Shown here piece by piece: positions 10,110 through 18,618 of a stretch of 64,000 bases of DNA. The stretch lies in NCBI GenBank assembly GCA_046758745.1, contig JBHIAV010000006.1, positions 1-64,000 of the forward strand, in the 5' to 3' direction. The position numbers and the translations under genes were made by a program. The stretch is from Gemmatimonadota bacterium. GTDB taxonomy: Bacteria > Gemmatimonadota > Gemmatimonadetes > Palauibacterales > Palauibacteraceae. Each line of letters begins with the position of its first letter. Position 1 is the first letter of the stretch. Below the pieces are notes generated by a model. That model had not been told where the DNA came from, ran no database searches, and saw nothing but the letters and a program-made list of their open reading frames with translations.

Positions 10110-10841
10110 ATGGAACTGTCGCGCAAGGTCGCAATGATATCCGGCGCGTCGAGGGGGCTCGGAGCGGGCCTGGCCAGGCGGTTTGCGGAGGAAGGCGCGT
10201 CGCTCTCGCTGTGTGCCCTTGGAGAACAGCGTCTTCGGAACGTCGCCGAGGCCGTGCGGGGCGCTGGTGCCCGCTGCGTCACGATCGCCGCGGACGTCTC
10301 GGCCGAGCTGGACGTCGACCGCTGGCTCCGGGTGACGCTGGAGGAATTCGGCAAGCTGGACGTGCTGGTCAACAACGCTTCCCTTCTCGGAGAGCGGGAG
10401 AGGATAGAGTCGTATCCGCCCGCCGAGTGGCGGCGGGTGCTCGAGGTCAACCTGACCGGTGCCTTCCTGTGCGCTCGCGCGGCCATCCCCCCCCTGCGCG
10501 AGACGCACGGCTCGATCATCAACGTCTCCTCGGGCGTCGGAGACCACGGTCGCCTCCTGTGGGGCGCGTACAGCGTCTCCAAGAACGGCCTGGAAGCCCT
10601 GTCGCAGATCCTGGCCGAGGAGCTGCGGGAGGACGGGATCCGGGTCAACGCCGTGGACCCCGGCGCGATGCGCACGGAGATGCGGGCAGCCGCGTATCCT
10701 TCAGAGGACCCGGCGGCGCTCCCCGAGCCCTACGAGATCACGGACGTCTTCGTGTACCTGGCATCGGACCGCTCAAGGGACGTTACGGGGCAGCGCTTTC
10801 GAGCGAGGGAGTATTCCGCTTCTCGGGCCGGGGAGAGGTGA
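10110..10841 (+). CDS. Short-chain dehydrogenase/reductase
   Basis: SGASRGLG, LVNNA and YSVSK (YxxxK); GGAG before ATG 10110. Confidence 0.9.
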   Translation: MELSRKVAMISGASRGLGAGLARRFAEEGASLSLCALGEQRLRNVAEAVRGAGARCVTIAADVSAELDVDRWLRVTLEEFGKLDVLVNNASLLGERERIESYPPAEWRRVLEVNLTGAFLCARAAIPPLRETHGSIINVSSGVGDHGRLLWGAYSVSKNGLEALSQILAEELREDGIRVNAVDPGAMRTEMRAAAYPSEDPAALPEPYEITDVFVYLASDRSRDVTGQRFRAREYSASRAGER

Positions 10842-10912
10842 GGGAGCGGCCGCAAGCAAGGAAGAGGGCGCCAGGACCGGTCTGTCGACGAGCAGTGGTA
10901 GCGGTCTCCGGC

Positions 10913-11146
10913 CTACCAGTCGTAGACCGTCCAGCGCCCGCACTCGGCCGCCGGGCACACGAGGCGGACGCGAAACGGCGACGAAGCGTCCCGCGGGGCC
11001 GGGTGGCGCTCCACATGGCGGACCATCCGCGTACCGCACACGGGGCACTCGGGCTCCCCACCCGGGAACGGGCGCTTTCGGTCGTCGGCTTCCAAGCGGC
11101 TCGCCACCTCCGGATCGAGGAGGGAGCCGACGTCGTCGGGGCTCAC
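10913..11146 (-). CDS. Small Zn-ribbon-like hypothetical protein
   Basis: CPVC...CPAAEC pairs in about 77 aa; GTG start is uncertain. Confidence 0.55.
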   Translation of the reverse strand: MSPDDVGSLLDPEVASRLEADDRKRPFPGGEPECPVCGTRMVRHVERHPAPRDASSPFRVRLVCPAAECGRWTVYDW

Positions 11147-11376
11147 GCGATCACCATACGGGGCGCGGCCGTCGCGAGCCACTCGGAGCACGCTCCGCCC
11201 GCCCGACCCTCCGGCCATCGGCCGTGCGACGGCGCGGGGAGCGTGATATCGTGGTGCCGTCGCACGAGAGCGCGGCCGCCGCCGCGCCGCCCGGGAAGCC
11301 CCAGGCATCCGGCGCGCCCGACCGAGGGGAGGCCGCCCGGCGCGCCCGATCGTGCGAAGGAAGCAGCCAGCCGCGG

Positions 11377-11745
11377 GTGAGCCAGGTGATCGTCCAGCTG
11401 CGAAGGATCAGCGCACGTTCCGTCTTCCTGGTGGCCATGACGCTGTACGGGATCGTCGGTGTCCTGGTCGGCGTCGTGCTGGCCATCGTGGCGACGCTGG
11501 AGGTCCCGCCCGGGTCCGAGGGGAATCTTCTCACCCGGCTCGGCATGTGGTCCGTGCTGCTGTTCCCGGTCCTGTACGGCGTCATCGGCGGGGCCGCCGC
11601 CGCGGTCGCCGCGGCCCTGTACAACGCGGCCGCGGCCGTGGTTGGCGGGATCCGAATGGACATTTCGGACCTCACGCGTCCGAAGCCGTCAGCTGGCGGG
11701 AGCGGCCCGGCGGCGCGGACCGGGCCCGCGGACGACGAGCCATGA
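11377..11745 (+). CDS. Two-TM membrane protein, DUF3566-like
   Basis: LRRISARSVF, TM segments, ALYNAAAAVVGGI; stop overlaps the next ATG. Confidence 0.6.
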   Translation: MSQVIVQLRRISARSVFLVAMTLYGIVGVLVGVVLAIVATLEVPPGSEGNLLTRLGMWSVLLFPVLYGVIGGAAAAVAAALYNAAAAVVGGIRMDISDLTRPKPSAGGSGPAARTGPADDEP

Positions 11746-12176
11746 GGGCGCCCGGTAGGATCCGCTTCTTCACCGTGGAAGAAGCGAACCGTACCCTTCC
11801 GCTCGTCCGCCGGATCGTGGACGACATCCTCGGCGAGCATTCGCGTCTTCAGACGCTTCTCGGCCGCTTCGAGGGCGCGCGGGCCGGCGGGGCGCCGGAG
11901 GTGCCGGAGCTGAGGGACGAGATCGGACGTGCCTCCGCTGCCCTCGAGGCATACCTGGCGGAGCTTCATTCCATCGGCTGCCTCTTCAAAGGCGCGCCGG
12001 AAGGCCTGGTGGACTTCTACTCCCTGAGAGACGGCCGACCCGTCTTCCTGTGCTGGAAGCTCGGTGAGGAGGAGATTCAGTACTGGCACCAGCTGGAGAC
12101 GGGCTTCCGGGGCCGCGAGCCGCTCGTGTCGGGTGCCCTTCCGGCCGGCGGCCACGAGTATGGACCAGAAGGATAG
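11742..12176 (+). CDS. DUF2203 family protein
   Basis: FTVEEANRTLP...GLVDF...VFLCWKLGE...YWH...GFRGR. Confidence 0.85.
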   Translation: MRAPGRIRFFTVEEANRTLPLVRRIVDDILGEHSRLQTLLGRFEGARAGGAPEVPELRDEIGRASAALEAYLAELHSIGCLFKGAPEGLVDFYSLRDGRPVFLCWKLGEEEIQYWHQLETGFRGREPLVSGALPAGGHEYGPEG

Positions 12177-12627
12177 GGAAGCTCGCCTCTCGGCGATCCG
12201 CCGGCTCATCGCCGAGAGGCGGGTCAGGAGCCAGGAGGAGCTTGCCCGTCTCCTGACCACTCTCGGCATCCGCGTCAGCCAATCCACCCTCTCCCGCGAC
12301 ATTCGGGAGCTCGGCCTCGTGAAGCGAGCGGCCCGCGGCGAGAAGTCGTATTACGCTCCACCGGGCGGCACAGCCGGTCGCCAGGCCGAGGCCCTAAGCC
12401 GGGTTCTCCCCGACCTCCTCTCGCAGGTAGATGGGTCCGCCAACCTCCTGGTGCTCAAGACGCTCGCCGGCTCCGCCCAGCCCGTCGCCGCGGCGCTCGA
12501 TCACGCCCGCTGGCCGGAGGTGATCGGCACCGTGGCCGGCGACGACACCGTTCTCGTGGTGCTCCGCTCGCCGCGTCAGCGGGCCGCCGTCGCCCGCCGC
12601 GTGCGGGCGCTCGCCCGTCGGCGCTGA
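12160..12627 (+). CDS. argR: Arginine repressor
   Basis: SQEEL, SQSTLSRDIRELGLVK and GTVAGDDT motifs. Confidence 0.95.
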   Translation: MDQKDREARLSAIRRLIAERRVRSQEELARLLTTLGIRVSQSTLSRDIRELGLVKRAARGEKSYYAPPGGTAGRQAEALSRVLPDLLSQVDGSANLLVLKTLAGSAQPVAAALDHARWPEVIGTVAGDDTVLVVLRSPRQRAAVARRVRALARRR

Positions 12628-12708
12628 TTCGTCGCTCTCTGCACCCAGAGCCGAGCCGTCGCTCTCCGCGCCCCGACCCGATTCGCCCCTCTCCGCGCCT
12701 CGGAGCCG
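12626..12708 (+). repeat. Imperfect ~27-bp tandem repeat, three copies
   Basis: attcgtcgctctctgcacccagagccg / agccgtcgctctccgcgccccgacccg / attcgcccctctccgcgcctcggagccg. Confidence 0.6.
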
Positions 12709-12796
12709 AGTCGCGCAGCTGCCCGCCTCGCCGCCCCCCGGCGCATGCCGACGAGGACTCGATCGGAGCCCTGCCATCACCCGACGCGGGGCGCAC

Positions 12797-12848
12797 TTGA
12801 CAGGGCGGCGTTGCATGCTTATGCTCCATAATCACATAATTATGCACA
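12797..12848 (+). promoter_or_regulatory. argG promoter overlapped by tandem ARG boxes
   Basis: TTGACA-N17-TATGCT (12797-12825); 18-bp boxes with cores TGCATgcttATGCT (12810-12827) and CACATaattATGCA (12831-12848), 3 bp apart. Confidence 0.85.
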
Positions 12849-12994
12849 TCCCGTTGCACGCCGCACGTCGGATCTGAGGCGCCGACCGGGAAGGCGGGGC
12901 TCCAGACGGGTCGCCTGGCCGGAGCGGCAAGGCGGGTGCGGAGGGCGGCGGGTAGGGAAGGCGGTCGCCGGCGCCCCGGGACGTCAAGAGGAAA

Positions 12995-14344
12995 ATGGCA
13001 GAAAAGAGAAGGATCGCCCTCGCGTACTCGGGGGGGCTCGACACGTCGGCTGCGGTGCCGTGGTTGATCGAGAACTACGAAGCCGATGTCGTGTGCGTGG
13101 CCGTGGACGTGGGCCAGGGTCCGGACGAGCTGGACGGAATTCGCGAACGCGCGCGGGCGGCGGGCGCCACCGAGTGCCGCGTGGTGGACGGCCGACGATC
13201 CTTCGTGGAGGGGTTCGTGTGGCCCACGCTCCAGGCCGGAGCCGTCTATGCGCGCAAATACCTCCTCGGCACGGCGATGGCGCGGCCGCTCGTGGCTCGC
13301 GAGGTGGTGCGCGTGGCCCGTGAGGTCGGAGCGAAGGCGGTGGCGCACGGTTGCACCGGGAAGGGGAACGACCAGCTTCGCTTCGAGCTCGCGTTCGCGT
13401 GGCTGGCGCCCGAGCTCAAGGTGATCGCTCCCTGGCGCGAATGGTCCTTCCGGGGTCGACGGGAAGCCCTGGAATACGCATCGGCGCGCGGCGTCCCGCT
13501 ACCTTGCCCGGACTCGAGACTCTACTCGCGCGACCGCAACCTGTGGCACGTGTCGCATGAAGGCGGGCCGCTCGAGGACCCGGCGTTCGAGCCGAAGCCG
13601 TGCATGTACCTCGTCACCGCCGATCCGGAGCACGCCCCGGAGGTGGGGGAGAGCGTGGAGATCGGGTTCGAGCTTGGCGTTCCCGTCTCGGTCGACGGAG
13701 CGCGCCTCGAGCCGGTGGCCCTGCTCACGCGGCTGAATGCGGTGGCCGGCCGACACGGCGTCGGGCGGACGGACGTCATCGAGGATCGGGTGGTCGGCCT
13801 CAAGTCACGGGGCGTGTACGAGACGCCGGGCGGCACCCTGCTCTACCTGGCGCATCGAGAGCTCGAGCAGCTCGTTCTGGACCGGGGCACCCTCGAGCTG
13901 AAGGACGCCCTGGCGGCCCGCTACGCCTCACTCGTCTACGAGGGTCGCTGGTGGGGAACGGAGCGGGAGGCGCTCGACGCGCTCGTCGGGGTGACGCAGC
14001 GCCTGGTGACAGGGAGCGTCACCCTCGGGCTGTACCGGGGGACGTGCCGGATCGTGGGCCGGAGCGCCCGAGCTTCGCTGTACAACCAGGAACTCGCCAC
14101 CTTCGAGACGAGCGACCTGTACGACCACGCCGATGCCGCCGGCTTCATCCGGCTGTTCGGCCTTCCGTACCGCACCGCCGGGCGTCGCCGGGGGCGCGAC
14201 GCGCCCTCCGCGGACGGGGAGATCGCGGGGCTGCGCGCCCCGGGAGTGCCGTCGTCCGCGGGGGAGGGGCCCGCCCTGCCGGTGGCCGGCTCTCCGGCTT
14301 CCGAGCGGCGCCCGGCGTCACTCCGGCGGGCCGCCGCGGGGTGA
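12995..14344 (+). CDS. argG: Argininosuccinate synthase
   Basis: AYSGGLDTS, HGCTGKGNDQ, SRDRNLWH and KSRGVYETPG motifs. Confidence 0.96.
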   Translation: MAEKRRIALAYSGGLDTSAAVPWLIENYEADVVCVAVDVGQGPDELDGIRERARAAGATECRVVDGRRSFVEGFVWPTLQAGAVYARKYLLGTAMARPLVAREVVRVAREVGAKAVAHGCTGKGNDQLRFELAFAWLAPELKVIAPWREWSFRGRREALEYASARGVPLPCPDSRLYSRDRNLWHVSHEGGPLEDPAFEPKPCMYLVTADPEHAPEVGESVEIGFELGVPVSVDGARLEPVALLTRLNAVAGRHGVGRTDVIEDRVVGLKSRGVYETPGGTLLYLAHRELEQLVLDRGTLELKDALAARYASLVYEGRWWGTEREALDALVGVTQRLVTGSVTLGLYRGTCRIVGRSARASLYNQELATFETSDLYDHADAAGFIRLFGLPYRTAGRRRGRDAPSADGEIAGLRAPGVPSSAGEGPALPVAGSPASERRPASLRRAAAG

Positions 14345-15756
14345 GCGCGCCCGCCGTGAGCGCGCCTCTCACCCGTTTGTGGGGGGCTCGGTTCGCTGGG
14401 GGCGCGGCGCCGGAGCTTGATCGTCTGAACCGCTCCCTCCCCATCGACTGGCGCCTGTGGCCCTTCGAACTCCGCGTAGACCGGGCCTGGCTCGCCGAGC
14501 TGGTCGCCGTCGGGGCCGTGTCCGAGGCAGAGGCGGAGAGGCTCGGCCAGGGCCTCGCAGCGGTCGAGCGCCGTCTGAGCGAGGCGGAAGGAATCGAGGC
14601 GGAACCCGATGAGGACATCCATACGCTGATCGAGCGCTGGCTGCACGAGGACGTCGGCGACCTAGCCAGCCAGCTCCGGCTGGGCCGCTCCCGAAACGAT
14701 GTCGTGGCCACCGACACCCGCCTGTGGGCGCTCGCGGCGGCGGAGCGGACGCAAGGGGCGATCCTGGAGCTCCAGCGTGCGCTCGTGGACCGCGCCGTCG
14801 AGCTCGTCGACGTCCCCTTCCCGGCCTATTCTCACCTGCAGCGCGCCCAGCCGTCACGCGCGGCGCACTGGCTGCTTGCGCACTTCTGGGCCCTCGAGCG
14901 CGATCGGGCCCGCGTGCGGGAGGCCGGCGGCCGACTCGGGGAGCTTCCCCTCGGCGCGGCGGCGGGATGGGGCTCGAGCCTGGCGATCGACCGGGACCGA
15001 CTGGCATCCGCCCTCGGCTTCGCCGACGTGTGTGAGAACTCCCTCGACGCCGTGGGCGGCCGCGACTGGGTGGCGGAGATGCTGTACGTATGGGCGCAGA
15101 CGAGCATGGACGTCGCGCGGCTGGCGGAGGACCTCATCCTCTATTCCACCGCCGAGTTCGGCCTGGTGCGCCTGGCCGACGCCTTCAGCACCGGTTCCAG
15201 CCTCATGCCGCAAAAGCGGAACCCCGACGGAGCGGAGCTGGCGCGAGCGCGGGCGGGGGTCCTCATCGGCCTCCTCGCCGGCTTCCTCTCCACCGTCAAG
15301 GGCCTCCCGTCCGGCTACCACAAGGATCTACAGGAGGACAAGGCAGCCCTTTTCACGGCCGAGCGGTCGCTCTCCGACGTCCTCTCTGCCCTCACCGGAA
15401 CGGTTCGCACGCTGGAGGTGCGGGCCGAGGCGGCGGGCCGGGCTCTCAAGCCGGGGATGCTGGCGACGGACGTGGCCGAGTATCTCGCCGGACGCGGGGT
15501 TCCGTTCCTCCGGGCGCACGAGGCCGTCGGCGAGATGGTGCGCCTCGCCGAGCGGACCGGGCGCGCGCTGCCCGACCTTCCGGCGGAGGCGCTGGCCTCC
15601 ATCCATCCGGCGCTGGCCGAGCTCGCTCCGCAGGTATGGGACGTCGAGGCGGCGCTCGAGAGGCGCAACGTCCGCGGGGGGGTCGGCCGACGTACCCTCC
15701 TCGATCAGATCCAGAGGGCGAGGGCCCGGCTGGACGAGGTGCCGGATCCGGCCTGA
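14341..15756 (+). CDS. argH: Argininosuccinate lyase
   Basis: LWGARF, GRSRND, HLQRAQP, STGSSLMPQKRNPD and YHKDLQEDK; GTGA overlap with the argG stop. Confidence 0.95.
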   Translation: MSAPAVSAPLTRLWGARFAGGAAPELDRLNRSLPIDWRLWPFELRVDRAWLAELVAVGAVSEAEAERLGQGLAAVERRLSEAEGIEAEPDEDIHTLIERWLHEDVGDLASQLRLGRSRNDVVATDTRLWALAAAERTQGAILELQRALVDRAVELVDVPFPAYSHLQRAQPSRAAHWLLAHFWALERDRARVREAGGRLGELPLGAAAGWGSSLAIDRDRLASALGFADVCENSLDAVGGRDWVAEMLYVWAQTSMDVARLAEDLILYSTAEFGLVRLADAFSTGSSLMPQKRNPDGAELARARAGVLIGLLAGFLSTVKGLPSGYHKDLQEDKAALFTAERSLSDVLSALTGTVRTLEVRAEAAGRALKPGMLATDVAEYLAGRGVPFLRAHEAVGEMVRLAERTGRALPDLPAEALASIHPALAELAPQVWDVEAALERRNVRGGVGRRTLLDQIQRARARLDEVPDPA

Positions 15757-15783
15757 CGCCGCGGCGGCCGCCGGGCCGTGCGG

Positions 15784-17016
15784 TCAGGCTGCGCCGCGGG
15801 CGAGCGCCTCCGCCGGGTCGTAGCCCGCCAGGCGCAAGATCCTCTCCACCGTCTCTCCAATCAGGCTGTCCGGGGTCGAGGCGCCGGCCGTCAGTCCGAT
15901 CCGCACCTCCCCCTCCGGCAGCCATCCCCGCTCCAGGACGATGTCGTCTCCGAGGATCCGCTTGTGGGAGATGGTCCCGGCCGCTGGATCGATGCACGCG
16001 GCGGTCTCGATGTGGAAGGTTCGAGCGCGCCCGGCGCAGATGTGGGCGAGGTGGTTGGTGTTGCTCGAGTTATATCCTCCAACGACGATCATCAGATCGG
16101 GAGGCTCGCGCATCAGCTCGAGAACGGCGTCCTGCCGGTCCTGTGTCGCTGAACAGATCGTGTCGAAGCTGCGGAACCGTTCCGGAAGCTCCCGCTCGCC
16201 GTATCGCGCCGCGATCGCCTGACCGAGTCGGTGCGCGATGGCGAGCGATTCGGAGGCCAGCATGGTGGTCTGGTTCGCCACCCCGATTCGCCCCAGATGC
16301 CGCTCGGGGAGGAAGCCCTCCGAGCATCTGTCCCTGAAGCGGCCCATCAGGGTCCTCGCGTCGAGCTTCCCCTCGATGAAGGAGCAGACCAGCTCGGTTT
16401 CGGCCATGTCACGCACGATGAGGTAGGCGCCGCCCCGACGCTTTCGCACCTGTGAGCTGGTGGCGCGCGTTTCCTCGTGCCAGTACTTGCCATGGATCAC
16501 GGCGGTGAAGCCGTCGCGGGCGTAACTCTCGACCCGCTTCCACACGTTGAGGACCGAGCCGCAGGTCGTATCGACCAGGACGCACCCGATCTCGCGCAGC
16601 GCCTCGAGGTCCTGCAGCTTCACGCCGAATGCCGGAATGATCACCACCGCGCTCCGGTCGATCCCGCCGAAGTCGAACGTTCCCTTCCGGTCCGGATACA
16701 GGAAGGTGATCCCCATCTCCTGGAGCTGCCGGTTCACATGCGGGTTGTGGATGATCTCGCCGATGAGATAGATGTCGCGGTCCGCGAACTTCCGGCAGGT
16801 CTCGTACGCGTACTCGACGGCCCGGTCCACGCCGTAGCAGAAGCCCAGGCTGCGCGCCATCCGGAAGTGGATCCTGCCGACCCGGAGGGAGAAGTCCCCG
16901 TCCTTTATGGCGCGGACCAGGTCGCTCCCGTATTCGCTCTCGAGAACCGGCTTCACCTCGGCCTTCAGGCCGAGTCCGCGCCGATAATACCTCTCCCGCT
17001 CTATCGACTCTCTCAT
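15784..17016 (-). CDS. ispH: 4-hydroxy-3-methylbut-2-enyl diphosphate reductase
   Basis: GFCYGV, IIHNPHV, DTTC, NQTT, DTICSATQDRQ, SSNT and TAGASTP motifs. Confidence 0.95.
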   Translation of the reverse strand: MRESIERERYYRRGLGLKAEVKPVLESEYGSDLVRAIKDGDFSLRVGRIHFRMARSLGFCYGVDRAVEYAYETCRKFADRDIYLIGEIIHNPHVNRQLQEMGITFLYPDRKGTFDFGGIDRSAVVIIPAFGVKLQDLEALREIGCVLVDTTCGSVLNVWKRVESYARDGFTAVIHGKYWHEETRATSSQVRKRRGGAYLIVRDMAETELVCSFIEGKLDARTLMGRFRDRCSEGFLPERHLGRIGVANQTTMLASESLAIAHRLGQAIAARYGERELPERFRSFDTICSATQDRQDAVLELMREPPDLMIVVGGYNSSNTNHLAHICAGRARTFHIETAACIDPAAGTISHKRILGDDIVLERGWLPEGEVRIGLTAGASTPDSLIGETVERILRLAGYDPAEALARGAA

Positions 17017-17107
17017 GGCCGTAATGCTAACCCCCGTCCAGCACCGAGTTCAACCGGTGGGATCGGATGCCGCCGTGGTGCCGGTCGGCGGTCGGCACGG
17101 CCGCCTC

Positions 17108-18409
17108 TCACGAGCCGCAGCCCGGCCCCCCGTCCCCACCCACGTACGGCGAGATGCGAAACTCATCCAGCCGGGAGCCGTCGGTGCCTATGGCCACCCC
17201 GGCGATGGCACGCGGGGTGATCGACAGGGCGACGAAATGGTGCTCCCTGGAGATTCTGGCGGTGAGCGCCGAGGGGGCGACGTCTCGGGCGAGACGGGAG
17301 GCCCCTCCGCCGCCGGTGACGAGGTAGACGGGACCGCATCCGCCGGGAACGGGTCGCCCGGCGCGCGTCGGGCGAGATCTCTCATAGTGATGATCGTGCC
17401 CCGCCAGGACGAGGTCCACGCCGTAGGCGTCGAAGAGGGGGGCGAGCGCCCGCTGCAGGTCACGGTCGGGGCCGTGCCCGCTCAGACCCACGGCATGGCT
17501 GTAAACGGGGTGGTGACCGAACACGACGGTCCACGCGACGGTGGAGTCCCTCCACGCCTCCGCCAGCGTCGCGACGAGCCACTCGTACTGGCGCCCGCGC
17601 CCTTCGCGGAGACCCCGCACGTCCGCAGTCTCGCTGCCGGTGTCCAGCGCCACGAAGCGAACGTCGCCCCAGCGGAAGGTGTAGTAGCGTGCCCCCGGTA
17701 CCGGGGCCGGCCAGTAGAACGCCTCGTCGTAGTGGCGTCCCTCGTCCGTCCGCAGATCATGATTCCCCGGCGTGGGAAAGAGCGCGATCCGCGCGAGCAG
17801 CCGCCGATAGACGGCGAAGTGGCGTCGCGTGAACTCGGTGGCGGAGCCGTGGTCGTACGCGATGTCGCCCATGTGCACGGCGAGGTCCCACTCCCTGACC
17901 TCCATGAGGCGGGCCAGCCGGAGCTGGGGCTCGGAGCCGAACCCGGAATCCCCGAAGGCGAGGACCCGGACCGTGCCGCGGGCATGGGACCGCGGCGCCG
18001 TGTGGAAGGTGACCGGACCCACCTCGATGCCGTCGGCCCATACCACGTAGTCCACCGGAGAGGCCGGGCTGAGGTGCGACAGGGCGGCGACCCTCACCCC
18101 GGAGGGCAAGCGCTCCACCCGAGCCGACCTCCAGCTCCCGGAACGGGTGCGGTACCTCACGGAGTCCGGCGTGCCGGGCGGAACGAGCCACATCAGCCGC
18201 GCCGAGCTCGTGTCGACCGCCTGGACATAGGGCACCCGGAGGAACGGGCCACGTGGGGCCGGAAGCCCGACCGGGTCGACCGGGCCGGGCCGGCAGGCCC
18301 ATACGGCAAGGAGGGCGGCCAGCGCGGCCCGCACGCCGCTGCTCGGACGCGCGAGCGGACGTCGCCGCCCCCGCGCACCCTGCCGGGCGGTGGGAGCAGG
18401 GGGCTGCAT
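17108..18409 (-). CDS. Exported metallophosphoesterase, purple acid phosphatase-like
   Basis: FGDSG, GDIAY, GNHD, HHP and LAGHDHHYERS; possible lipobox AVWAC; start uncertain (18409 or 18451). Confidence 0.85.
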   Translation of the reverse strand: MQPPAPTARQGARGRRRPLARPSSGVRAALAALLAVWACRPGPVDPVGLPAPRGPFLRVPYVQAVDTSSARLMWLVPPGTPDSVRYRTRSGSWRSARVERLPSGVRVAALSHLSPASPVDYVVWADGIEVGPVTFHTAPRSHARGTVRVLAFGDSGFGSEPQLRLARLMEVREWDLAVHMGDIAYDHGSATEFTRRHFAVYRRLLARIALFPTPGNHDLRTDEGRHYDEAFYWPAPVPGARYYTFRWGDVRFVALDTGSETADVRGLREGRGRQYEWLVATLAEAWRDSTVAWTVVFGHHPVYSHAVGLSGHGPDRDLQRALAPLFDAYGVDLVLAGHDHHYERSRPTRAGRPVPGGCGPVYLVTGGGGASRLARDVAPSALTARISREHHFVALSITPRAIAGVAIGTDGSRLDEFRISPYVGGDGGPGCGS

Positions 18410-18618
18410 GCCGGGTTGGCGGTCAGGCTGCGGGATTCGGCGCGAATCCATGCCAGATGGGCGGCGTGGCGGCGCAATCGTCCGGCGCAGGGCGGCGCGG
18501 TTCCTGCACCGTGAGGTAGGCGGTAGTACCTTTTGGCCGGCCGTGGAGTACACGCGTGGCCGGGCATGCGCCGCGTGGGACCCGAGGAAGGCCTCCGCTG
18601 CGCGGCCGGCGGCGAATC

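Noticed and set aside
14170..14344. ArgG low-complexity C-terminal tail as a new domain
   Set aside because: Pro/Ala/Arg-rich extension of the kind common in high-GC genomes, with no motif
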